DNA from: a virus
Lineage: Duplodnaviria > Caudoviricetes
Strand: one strand, 5' to 3'
DNA: 64,000 nucleotides
IMG/VR virus record: IMGVR_UViG_3300016649_000097
Span: 1 to 64,000 of that record
Shown here piece by piece: positions 55,927 to 64,000 of this stretch. Within the stretch, counting starts at the first letter, position 1, and each line of letters starts with the position of its first letter. Both the position numbers and the translations under genes were made by a program. The notes beneath the pieces are model-generated. The model did no database searches and was not told where the DNA came from. It was given only the letters and a program-made list of their open reading frames with translations.

Positions 55927-56798
55927 GGAATAAACACATACCTTCCTGTTAGCCATTGGTTAGATGTAGTTGTTGTTGCAATACTTGCATAAGTCTCGTT
56001 AATAGTTGACTTTAGATTCTTCATCCACCATCCGGCAAACGCTGCAGTTGCATTTGAAGTTCCTACTGCAAACTGACGTGAACCATTCATTGCCGTGTGA
56101 AAGAACCGACCATTTGTATAGAAGTCTGTTGATGCATTTCCGTTGCTATACAGAGCAATAGTTGGTGTTGCGTTCTTGTCCCAAGCCTCTCCACCTCGTA
56201 ATGCTGGATTGTCGGTTGCTCCTACAGAAATAACATCATCGATACAAGAAGGAACAGCAATATTAGTTCTGTTCTTCTCATTACCTGTAGAGGCTATTAC
56301 TGCTACTTCTTGTTGTTTCAGAGAAGAGATTGCTCCTGTTAGTTCAGGCGTTGCTCTACAAGGGGCGTTTACTCTTCCTTGCGAAATGCTTACAGCCTTG
56401 ATGTTTAGGCGCGATGAATTATCAACTACCCAACGAAGTGCAGTTGTCACATCATCTATGGTGTATCCGCCAGCACGACCATTAGCGCTTAATCCTAAAA
56501 TGCGGATAAGCACGACCTTGGCATCTGGATTTACAGATGTAAGAATCGAGAGCATCGTTGTGCCATGAGCAAATGCTGGTAGTGCATTGGCAGGAACTGA
56601 TGCTGCTCCAGCGCTCTCCTGGAATCTTTGACCATTTGGACACGCTGCATTAGAAACGATACAAACTTCTGCTACAACATTGTTTGGAAACAATGATGCA
56701 TTAAAGCCAACATCGATTATGGCAACTGTTGGTGTGTTTGCTTGGGCTGGAAACGAAACTCCAACCAATAGTAAAACAAGTGCTAATAACTTTCTCAT
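55923..56798 (-). CDS. Exported S8 subtilase
   Basis: Signal peptide; IIDVG (D), HGTTM (H), ASTGN, GTSNA (S). Confidence 0.9.
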   Translation of the reverse strand: MRKLLALVLLLVGVSFPAQANTPTVAIIDVGFNASLFPNNVVAEVCIVSNAACPNGQRFQESAGAASVPANALPAFAHGTTMLSILTSVNPDAKVVLIRILGLSANGRAGGYTIDDVTTALRWVVDNSSRLNIKAVSISQGRVNAPCRATPELTGAISSLKQQEVAVIASTGNEKNRTNIAVPSCIDDVISVGATDNPALRGGEAWDKNATPTIALYSNGNASTDFYTNGRFFHTAMNGSRQFAVGTSNATAAFAGWWMKNLKSTINETYASIATTTTSNQWLTGRYVFIP

Positions 56799-57253
56799 AC
56801 GTATTCCCTCCTCGGCCCTCCAGCCGTTCTACGAGTTATTTCTCTAGATACTAGAGTGATATCTCTCTCCTGATTGGAGAGCATCATCTCTACCATCTTC
56901 CTGTAAGCATGCTTTTCTTCTAAAGCATCCTCCAACTTTACTACATCATCATCAATGGCAATCTGAGCCCTGATTAAGGTGACTTTGTCTCCTTTTGTTG
57001 CAGACCCCAACTTTTCTACCATCAATTTATTTACTTTAAAATCCAATGCTCTTTGTGCGGCACGTTCTGCAATCTGAGCCTGAGCCAGTTGAGATGCTGT
57101 GTAATCAGCCCATCCAGTTAGTATTGTAAACATTTCAGCCAACTGCTCACCACTAAGGTCAGTAATGTCAGGAGGAAGAGTTACAAGGTCATAGGAAGGT
57201 TTGGGGATGTTCATCCCCTTCTCAACTAGGGTATCAAGTCGCATTGTTTGCAC
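56795..57253 (-). CDS. Helical hypothetical protein
   Basis: 152 aa; LVSREITRR C-terminus. Confidence 0.7.
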   Translation of the reverse strand: MQTMRLDTLVEKGMNIPKPSYDLVTLPPDITDLSGEQLAEMFTILTGWADYTASQLAQAQIAERAAQRALDFKVNKLMVEKLGSATKGDKVTLIRAQIAIDDDVVKLEDALEEKHAYRKMVEMMLSNQERDITLVSREITRRTAGGPRREYV

Positions 57254-58056
57254 CCGTCCTCTGATACATTGCAGACCGGCATCTTATCAGCCTCTACTGC
57301 ATCTACAACTTTCTTGGCTGCATTAAAAATTCTTTCCACTATTTCAAAGTTTGCTTTTACTGTGAACTCACGATAATCCTGGTCTGCCTTGAGTTCATAA
57401 ATAAAAACTATTTCTTTTGGCGCATCTTCACCAAACATACGGCGGGCTAGTTCTAAGTACATTTGTCCCTGTAGAAGGTGACTGCGGAAAGGTCTGCGTA
57501 TGTTTTTCCATGCCTTTGTTACATCTCCACCTGCATCGTAGAGAAGGTCTGGAGATTCAAATCTTAAAGTTCCAGCGCCAATTGATTTAATTTCAATTAG
57601 GCAATCTTCTCCAAGGCCCTTAATCCAACCATCAGCATGACCATGAATACGAAGCGACTCGTCCTTTAGTGGAACTTCTAGGTATTCGTCTTCTGCGTCT
57701 ACCTCAGAGGAGATGTTCCACCCCTTCCCTACTGGTCCATGCCACATACCGTAGAGAACGCCCATCTCTTTGAATCTGTTCTGCCATTTTGCGTGTATGG
57801 CATGACCTTCGTCAAAAATGTTCTGCAGTCTAAGACTTGGCTTTTCTTTCTTAGGTTCTCCACCTTTCAGCAAATAAAAAGAATACCTATGGCACCAATC
57901 TGCCTTAATAATCTCAGATGGATGAAGAACATCCGTTCTACGATTACTAGGAGGTTTGAGCAACAGGTGTCTTTCTACATCACCTAGAAGTCTAGTTTCA
58001 GTCTTCTTGGCATCCAAGAACTTCTTGAGGTCTTTCGACGCTTGAACTGGCATCAC
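57226..58056 (-). CDS. Cas4/RecB-family exonuclease
   Basis: LHPSE...C, GHAIH, GHADG, IEIKS, QGQMY, C...C..C. Confidence 0.85.
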   Translation of the reverse strand: MMPVQASKDLKKFLDAKKTETRLLGDVERHLLLKPPSNRRTDVLHPSEIIKADWCHRYSFYLLKGGEPKKEKPSLRLQNIFDEGHAIHAKWQNRFKEMGVLYGMWHGPVGKGWNISSEVDAEDEYLEVPLKDESLRIHGHADGWIKGLGEDCLIEIKSIGAGTLRFESPDLLYDAGGDVTKAWKNIRRPFRSHLLQGQMYLELARRMFGEDAPKEIVFIYELKADQDYREFTVKANFEIVERIFNAAKKVVDAVEADKMPVCNVSEDGCKQCDLIP

Positions 58057-58373
58057 ACTTCCTTACTAAAGATGAATTCTTCTAGGGTTATTTTTTTCTT
58101 TTTGTATTTCTTTTGCCACTTTCTTACGAGGGCGTTCCTCTCGCGATGAGAAAGACCTCCCCATATTCCATGTGGTTCGTCTCTTGATACTGCGTCCCAT
58201 AGACATTCTTTTCTGACAGGACAATGGTTCTTTCCAGTCTCACCAAAACAGAATGTTTTTGCTTTCGCAGCAATAATCTTGTATTGCTCTTTGTCTCTAG
58301 GTGGGTAGAAGAGGTCGGTGTCTTCTCCGGAACATCGCGCTTGGTATCTCCAAGCGTAGTCTGGTTCTTCCAT
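58053..58373 (-). CDS. whiB: Second WhiB-family transcription factor
   Basis: WRYQARC...DLFYP...AKTFC...CPVRKECL...GIWGG. Confidence 0.9.
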   Translation of the reverse strand: MEEPDYAWRYQARCSGEDTDLFYPPRDKEQYKIIAAKAKTFCFGETGKNHCPVRKECLWDAVSRDEPHGIWGGLSHRERNALVRKWQKKYKKKKITLEEFIFSKEV

Positions 58374-58376
58374 GTG

Positions 58377-58721
58377 TTAGGCATCCTTTGTTTTCTCCCT
58401 CATCTCAATGAAGTCATCCTCAAGAAGAATGACGTAATCTTCCCCATCGAGATGAATACCAACTACTGGCATTCGTCCTTCAAGGATTGCCTCTCTTACT
58501 GTTTTCTTTAATACTTCGGACTTTACGGTGAACTGTTTTTTACCAGTCCACTTATGCTCAATCAGTAGGTCGGCTGACCGAACATCGCCCTTTCTAGACC
58601 AAAGAGCCCCAGATGCAGCATTGCGTTTCCCACCAATTTTTTTGGCAAGACGCTTTTCGTGCTTCTGAGACTCCTTTTGCCCTTTACTCCTCAAGTTGTA
58701 TTTTGCCTTCCTCGTATCCAC
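58377..58721 (-). CDS. PD-(D/E)XK resolvase-like (Hjc-type) nuclease
   Basis: HEKRLAK...ASGA...KGDVR...LIEHK. Confidence 0.75.
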   Translation of the reverse strand: MDTRKAKYNLRSKGQKESQKHEKRLAKKIGGKRNAASGALWSRKGDVRSADLLIEHKWTGKKQFTVKSEVLKKTVREAILEGRMPVVGIHLDGEDYVILLEDDFIEMREKTKDA

Positions 58722-58929
58722 GAAGCAACTTGGGAACTACATAGAACAGAGTTTCTCTCCAGAAGCATCTGTTGCAACCACAGAATGGCTCTCCTGATAT
58801 GGTCTCTGTTATTTCTTCGTCATCACCCATTGGATAGATGGCTTCAAATAACATATCTGTGTAAGCCTCTACACCACGCTCTAAATCTTCAGCCCATTGT
58901 TGGTCAATGATTTCAAATCCGTTACTCAT
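58684..58929 (-). CDS. Hypothetical protein
   Basis: Start MSNGFE; GEPFCGCNRCFWRE. Confidence 0.65.
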   Translation of the reverse strand: MSNGFEIIDQQWAEDLERGVEAYTDMLFEAIYPMGDDEEITETISGEPFCGCNRCFWRETLFYVVPKLLRGYEEGKIQLEE

Positions 58930-59968
58930 CATCACCCACCACAATGGCATCGGTTGACTCAAGGACAGCCTTTTCAAGTTCTTCCTTGAGGTCAATCTCG
59001 CTACGGAGGCTATCAATGACTGGTTCAATTCCCTGCCATTTTCTTTCTCCATAGTAATACCACCCGCCCTTTCTATCTATTAATCCTTTGACGACTGCAA
59101 GAGACGCAATCTCTTTAGCGAAATCATATTCTCCAGGAAGGCAAGGGCCGCCTTCTGAGAAGTAAAAGTCAAAGTATGCAACTCTCTGTGGGGGCGCCGT
59201 CTTATTCTTGAGAGTACGGACTTTGATTCTCTGCCCAATTCTGATTTTATTGTTACCTGAACCAAGTTCAATCCATTCATCTCTACGGATTTCACATCGA
59301 GTGAAAAATGCATAGTTCTTTCCTTCACCTCCAGGAGTGGTGCGAGGGTCTCCATGCATCACGCCAATCTTCATGCGGTACTGGTTAATCACAATGCCCA
59401 AGACAGGGCGTTCTGCTTCAACAAGACTTCTCTTCATTGCAGTACCTACAACTCTGAAGAACTTGTTAGTTAATAAGGCGCCTTTACCTACAGTCGCCTC
59501 ATCCATTGTCTTTTCCAACTCAGGAGAAGGTGATAGTGCTGGAAGAGAGTCGATAACAATTGCGTCTACAGCCTTAGATTCAGCAAATGCTATAACTGCA
59601 TCATATGCTTCTTCCATAACGCTGGTTTCAACAACAATAACGCGAGACGTGTCTACTCCACACATTTCTGCATAATCTGGAACCCATTGTTCTGCTGCGA
59701 CCCATACTGTTGTGAAGTCTGGATTTTTTACTTGGTTTGCAGCAATTGCTTTAAGAGCAACGGCAGTCTTTCCGTGTGATGGCTCTCCAATTAACTCATT
59801 CCATTGGTTGCCAGGGAAGCCGCCACCAAGTACATAGTCAAGTGTTGTAGAACCACTAGTAAACCTTGGAACAAGGTCAGAACGAATATCTGAGGCAAAG
59901 ACAACAACTCCATCGCCAAACTTCTTATTTAATTGAGCGACAATCTTTTTTGCTTCATCAGTTATCAT
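58922..59968 (-). CDS. recA: RecA-like recombinase
   Basis: SGSTTLD...GGG.P, GEPSHGKT, IVIDSL, INQYR, TTPGG. Confidence 0.93.
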   Translation of the reverse strand: MITDEAKKIVAQLNKKFGDGVVVFASDIRSDLVPRFTSGSTTLDYVLGGGFPGNQWNELIGEPSHGKTAVALKAIAANQVKNPDFTTVWVAAEQWVPDYAEMCGVDTSRVIVVETSVMEEAYDAVIAFAESKAVDAIVIDSLPALSPSPELEKTMDEATVGKGALLTNKFFRVVGTAMKRSLVEAERPVLGIVINQYRMKIGVMHGDPRTTPGGEGKNYAFFTRCEIRRDEWIELGSGNNKIRIGQRIKVRTLKNKTAPPQRVAYFDFYFSEGGPCLPGEYDFAKEIASLAVVKGLIDRKGGWYYYGERKWQGIEPVIDSLRSEIDLKEELEKAVLESTDAIVVGDDE

Positions 59969-60339
59969 CCATCAATCCTTCCAATTATTTGTTGTGGGTT
60001 AAAGTTATTTGTTGAGTCATTTCCTCTTGCGGATTTTGTAGAGCCTTCCACTTTTGCACCTGTAAGAGACCCATATCTACTTCCTGATTGCTCTAGTGGA
60101 TACCCACAGTCATAACAACGCAACTTTGCACCAGCAACACTCATATAGTTATTAGAGTTACAATTTGGACAAGATTGATTTTGTAAAGCGCTTTGGGCTT
60201 TAGAAACATTTGGATTTGCAACTGGAGGTGTGTACGGAGTCATTGGCTGTTGTGACGGTGGCATTGGAATATCTGCAGGACGTGGCTGTTGTGCTGGTTG
60301 TTGTCCTAATTTATTAGCCCACCAATTTGCGTTACTCAT
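59965..60339 (-). CDS. Zn-ribbon protein
   Basis: CPNCNS...RCYDCGYP; start MSNANWW. Confidence 0.75.
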   Translation of the reverse strand: MSNANWWANKLGQQPAQQPRPADIPMPPSQQPMTPYTPPVANPNVSKAQSALQNQSCPNCNSNNYMSVAGAKLRCYDCGYPLEQSGSRYGSLTGAKVEGSTKSARGNDSTNNFNPQQIIGRIDG

Positions 60340-62342
60340 TCTTTTGCCTCTCCCCATCTATCAACAATTTTTGCTTCAGCAATAAGCGGAACTGTAATCT
60401 CTGGAAGACGTATGCCTTCCATTGACTCGCGGATTGCTTCTGCCACATCCTCCGCTAAATCTTCACGGGCAACGGTAACCAACTCGTCGTGCACGGTCAA
60501 AATGACATTTGCTCCAGGCTCATCGACAAAGCAGGAGTGGGCCCTAACAATCGCTAACTTCATAATGTCGGCTGCGGAACCCTGAATAACTGTGTTAAAA
60601 GCCTGACGTTCCGCCCTAGACTTAAGGCCTTGGTCTCGGCTTTTTAGGTCAGGGATATACCTACGCCTTCCAAACAAGGTAGACACATAAGGCGTTGGTG
60701 TATGGGCAGAAGCCATGCGTATGACTCGTGCTTTGTATTTTGAAATGTCATTAAATTGTTTTGTAAAGCGCTCCAATAAATCTCTTGCATCTTTGACTGT
60801 ACAGCCGATACTTTGAGCAATCTTTTCTGGTCCAACTCCATAAGACATCGCTAGAACTAGGACTTTTCCTGCCTTGCGGTCTACTCCCATTGTGTTACCG
60901 ATAGTGGTGTAGATATCTCCGCCTTCTAGATAGTTCTTCATCATAATCGGGTCACCTGAGAAGGCTGCAATGATGCGTGGCTCAATCTGGCTGTAGTCCG
61001 CAACAACTAGTTTATGTCCAGGTGGTGCAATAAAAAGGTCACGAATTAACTTGCCGTAATCTCCACCACTTGGAATGTTCTGTAGGTTTGGGTCGCTACT
61101 GGAGAAACGCCCTGTCTCTGCTCCGTGTGGTTTGAAGTTTGTGTGTACTTTGCCGTTTATTAGGAGCGATTTCTTCTCGCTTACTTTTGTTTTGCCCATA
61201 ACGGTGTGAGTAACCTCCCCACCAAGATAGGGCATTACATAAGTTGTCATTAACTTATTCAAATCTTGATAATCAAGAATTGCGTCTACCAACTCATCCT
61301 TACTACGGTAGAACTCCAGAGCATCAGATGAAACTGAGTAGTGATGTATACCTAACTTCATAGGATTGGTTGAGGCAACTTCTTGACCCTTGGCTGTCAG
61401 CGCTACCTTAATTCTTAGATTTGGCTTGATACCTCGACCTCCCTCTTCTTTAGGAGAAAAGAGCAACTTCTGTTTCTCTTGTACCGAATTCATTGAAAAA
61501 GGCTTCCCTACAAGTTTCCAGGCCCTTGCTTTGGCATCATCGATATCCTTTTCAAGACGTTTCTTTAGATTAGTTAACTCAACAACGTCTATGTTTGCCC
61601 CAGTAAGTTCCATGTCACATAAGGCTGCAATAATGTCCATTTCAAGATTCCACACACGATTAAGGTCGCCATCTAATTTGGGCGACATTACTTTGTAAAG
61701 TTTGTAGGTAACATCAGCATCTAGTCCTGAGTACTTTGCTACATCACTAAAGGCGTGTATCTCTACCTGTGCTCCTACGCCCTTTTCTACAGTTATTCCT
61801 AACTCTCTCTTTGCACAATCAGCAAGACCTAGATATCCACGATGCATGTTATTAGTAATGAAGCCAGCCATCATCGTGTCAAAGAAAGGCTTTTTAGGAA
61901 CAACACCACGGTAATACTTTGCAATTGACTTTAAATCAAACTTTATATTGTGACCAATCTTTAGTTGGTCGCTAAAGAACAAAGGCTTTAAAGCCTTGAA
62001 CACATCACCGGGCAACAACTGAACTGGAGCAGGACCAAAGACTGGTTTCCACTTTGCTTGGTTCTTCGAGTAATCGGTGTCTTTCAGTTCTTTGCCAGCC
62101 GCTAATTTGCGCTGACCACTAAGCAGTAACTCTTTATCCCAATGCAAGAACTCGCCATTTGGGTGACCCATAGGTATTACATCTACGCGGTCTTCTGTTG
62201 CAAGAGAAATCCATAAGACATCGTTGACTACAGGTTGGATTCTATTTTCACCAACTGTTTCAACATCGAAAGCAAATGCATCTACATTTTTGTAGTGCGC
62301 AACTAACTCATCTAGTTGTTCTTGTGTTGTAATGATATTCAT
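60336..62342 (-). CDS. polA: Family A DNA polymerase with 3'-5' exonuclease
   Basis: FDVET, GHNIKFD, TGRFSSSDPNLQNIP, ADYSQIEPR, QGSAAD, VHDEL. Confidence 0.95.
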   Translation of the reverse strand: MNIITTQEQLDELVAHYKNVDAFAFDVETVGENRIQPVVNDVLWISLATEDRVDVIPMGHPNGEFLHWDKELLLSGQRKLAAGKELKDTDYSKNQAKWKPVFGPAPVQLLPGDVFKALKPLFFSDQLKIGHNIKFDLKSIAKYYRGVVPKKPFFDTMMAGFITNNMHRGYLGLADCAKRELGITVEKGVGAQVEIHAFSDVAKYSGLDADVTYKLYKVMSPKLDGDLNRVWNLEMDIIAALCDMELTGANIDVVELTNLKKRLEKDIDDAKARAWKLVGKPFSMNSVQEKQKLLFSPKEEGGRGIKPNLRIKVALTAKGQEVASTNPMKLGIHHYSVSSDALEFYRSKDELVDAILDYQDLNKLMTTYVMPYLGGEVTHTVMGKTKVSEKKSLLINGKVHTNFKPHGAETGRFSSSDPNLQNIPSGGDYGKLIRDLFIAPPGHKLVVADYSQIEPRIIAAFSGDPIMMKNYLEGGDIYTTIGNTMGVDRKAGKVLVLAMSYGVGPEKIAQSIGCTVKDARDLLERFTKQFNDISKYKARVIRMASAHTPTPYVSTLFGRRRYIPDLKSRDQGLKSRAERQAFNTVIQGSAADIMKLAIVRAHSCFVDEPGANVILTVHDELVTVAREDLAEDVAEAIRESMEGIRLPEITVPLIAEAKIVDRWGEAKE

Positions 62343-62359
62343 AAAACCCCTCTAATTAG

Positions 62360-62399
62360 AGTAAGAGAGCCCGAAATGGAGGAAACGGGCTCTCCTACT
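62360..62399 (-). terminator. Stem-loop between putative SSB and polA
   Basis: agtaagagagcccg / cgggctctcctact. Confidence 0.55.
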
Positions 62400-62410
62400 T
62401 GTGGAACGTC

Positions 62411-63058
62411 TTAAGCGACTGAGCGAGCAACTTCTAGTAGTTCAGAGCGAGGGGTCTCTCGAATTACTTCTGCTGTATATGGTTCAGCGGCTGCTACTAA
62501 CTCATTAACCGTATCAGGGTTAAGTTTCCACTCCTCGGCAAGGTCACGACCACGGACGAAGTTGAGGGTGTACTGCGTCGTTGGGCCTGTGCCTAGTCGA
62601 GAAATCTCCCAGAACTCTTTTGAAAGAGGTCCTTTGCGCTCGTCATCATGAGCCTTCTTGATTTGACGAGCCAGCGATGGTGGAGCGGTAAGGATTTGTA
62701 ATCCTTCTGTCTCACCACTTAGTACGTAGACATTAAATGCGAACTTACCGCGAGGCTTATCGCCAAGGATTTCGCAAAGTGGGCAACCCTCACCCATGCA
62801 TACGAAAGACTTCTTACCCTTTGGGCGTTCAATCCAGTGCTGTTCGTAGGTTGCAAATGGTTGGTCCTCAAGGAACTTAACCAATTGTGGTTCTTCAGAG
62901 AACCTGAAATCGGTTGGAAACTCGGAGTTATCCGACTTTAGTAGTGCATCAACGGCATCCCAGCCCTGTTGCACAGTTGTTCCAACCTTTGGTGTTGCTG
63001 TTTCGCTATCTTCATCGAGATATGAATCAGCGTTTACTGCTGGTTTTGTAATTGGCAT
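62411..63058 (-). CDS. Putative single-stranded DNA-binding protein
   Basis: VKFLED, QHWI, C..CPLC, FAFNV; adjacent to polA. Confidence 0.6.
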   Translation of the reverse strand: MPITKPAVNADSYLDEDSETATPKVGTTVQQGWDAVDALLKSDNSEFPTDFRFSEEPQLVKFLEDQPFATYEQHWIERPKGKKSFVCMGEGCPLCEILGDKPRGKFAFNVYVLSGETEGLQILTAPPSLARQIKKAHDDERKGPLSKEFWEISRLGTGPTTQYTLNFVRGRDLAEEWKLNPDTVNELVAAAEPYTAEVIRETPRSELLEVARSVA

Positions 63059-63113
63059 ATCTTTCTTTCTTGGTCGTGAGGCACTGAGTAGTTCGCATCT
63101 CGGTACGGGTTTA

Positions 63114-63593
63114 CTACTTCTGGCTCTCTATGGATGTGAGTTCCTTCCAGCGCTTTACTAAAGCCTCTGTAAGGTCTTCGTGTTGGTTCCATTCTACACG
63201 AGCGGAACCTAGAAGGTTTCGTTTTGAAAACTCGTCAACTGCAGCCTCTATAAGAGCGCGGGTATAAACCCGATTTCCTCCAGTTTTCTTACCTTGTAAG
63301 GTCTTAGACCGAAGTCGATACGGGGCACGTGGGATATAGCCCTTACGTTCCCATAGACGAACAGTGACAATGGTCTTTTCCAATGCTTGTGCTAATGCAC
63401 CGATTGTGTAGACCTCAGTTTCCTTTCCACCTAATGTTTTAATGATTGGATTTTCATCCCAACCATTAGTCTCACCGCTTTTACGGCGAGAAACCTTTGG
63501 GTCTGGTTCACGACGTTTTTTCTTTGAACCAGGAGCATATTCGAGGTTTTTGAAAGCCTCGATAATTTCGTCTTCTCCTCTTAGACCAGGCAT
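63114..63593 (-). CDS. MerR-like HTH DNA-binding protein
   Basis: YTIGALAQAL.K...TVRLWERKGYIP...R.Y. Confidence 0.75.
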   Translation of the reverse strand: MPGLRGEDEIIEAFKNLEYAPGSKKKRREPDPKVSRRKSGETNGWDENPIIKTLGGKETEVYTIGALAQALEKTIVTVRLWERKGYIPRAPYRLRSKTLQGKKTGGNRVYTRALIEAAVDEFSKRNLLGSARVEWNQHEDLTEALVKRWKELTSIESQK

Positions 63594-63594
63594 G

Positions 63595-64000
63595 TTAGTC
63601 CTTCTTCATCACCAATGCCCAGACGACTGTCTGTGGATACATCTCATCAATCTCTTCTTCTGTTAGTTCATCGCTGTACAACGCAGCCATTAGTGCGTCT
63701 TCATCAATAATTTCTACAGTCTTTATAAGTTTGTCACGAAGACCCTTCTCATCAATTATGTCGAAAGCAACATCTTCGTCAATCTTTCTTGTTACACGGC
63801 GTTGCTTCATCATAGATTTAACGCCTTCAATTTCTTCAGGTAACTCAAAAATTATATTTCCTTTGTCATCTGTTTCTCCGCTCTCCTCAATCTTGGAGAA
63901 CAAATCTTCACGCAACTCTTTCATTTGCTCTTGAAAATACTCAACTTGTTTTTTATAAAAGACATACTGTTGTGCTTGTGACAAAGTATTGTCCTTGTCA
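63595..64000 (-). CDS. Coiled-coil protein, 5' end outside window
   Basis: Frame open to window edge (DKDNTLSQAQQY...). Confidence 0.7.
   Translation of the reverse strand, partial: DKDNTLSQAQQYVFYKKQVEYFQEQMKELREDLFSKIEESGETDDKGNIIFELPEEIEGVKSMMKQRRVTRKIDEDVAFDIIDEKGLRDKLIKTVEIIDEDALMAALYSDELTEEEIDEMYPQTVVWALVMKKD

Noticed and set aside
14370-62342. Inteins or introns in terL, nrdJ, recA or polA; stop-codon recoding
   Set aside because: All are continuous and of normal length under the standard code; the HNH at 42451-42894 is free-standing.
1-64000. tRNA or rRNA genes
   Set aside because: No cloverleaf or T-loop signature recognised by eye; tRNAscan-SE would be needed to exclude them.

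Overview
A 64-kb internal piece of a large tailed dsDNA phage genome, most likely infecting a low-GC (freshwater-type) actinobacterium (two WhiB genes, an MSMEG_6728-like glycosylase and other actinobacterial families). Most genes are on the minus strand: 0-24 kb virion block (FN3 and collagen-like fibres, major capsid, scaffold, portal, terminase large subunit, lysis genes), interrupted by a plus-strand glycan-modification cassette (0.8-3.6 kb); 25-30 kb Hsp20, an HslV-like peptidase and a run of small ParB/ART/GNAT-type proteins sharing an NL-x(2-3)-Q-[FW] peptide tag; 42-64 kb class II RNR, a TGT-like/HAD/nucleotidyltransferase trio, about 17 small genes, SpoVS, resolvases, subtilase, Cas4-like nuclease, RecA, PolA and a probable SSB. 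Between them is a plus-strand, compositionally distinct island (30.4-42.2 kb) with a 1.4-kb repeat-rich non-coding leader, an AAA/VWA pair, long intergenic stems, an Xis-like HTH, a tyrosine recombinase with 19-bp repeats and a lytic-transglycosylase-like gene; by eye it is almost free of several 4-5 bp palindromes. No tRNA, rRNA or CRISPR array was recognised. All family calls come from motif recognition, not database searches, and all motif counts are by eye.
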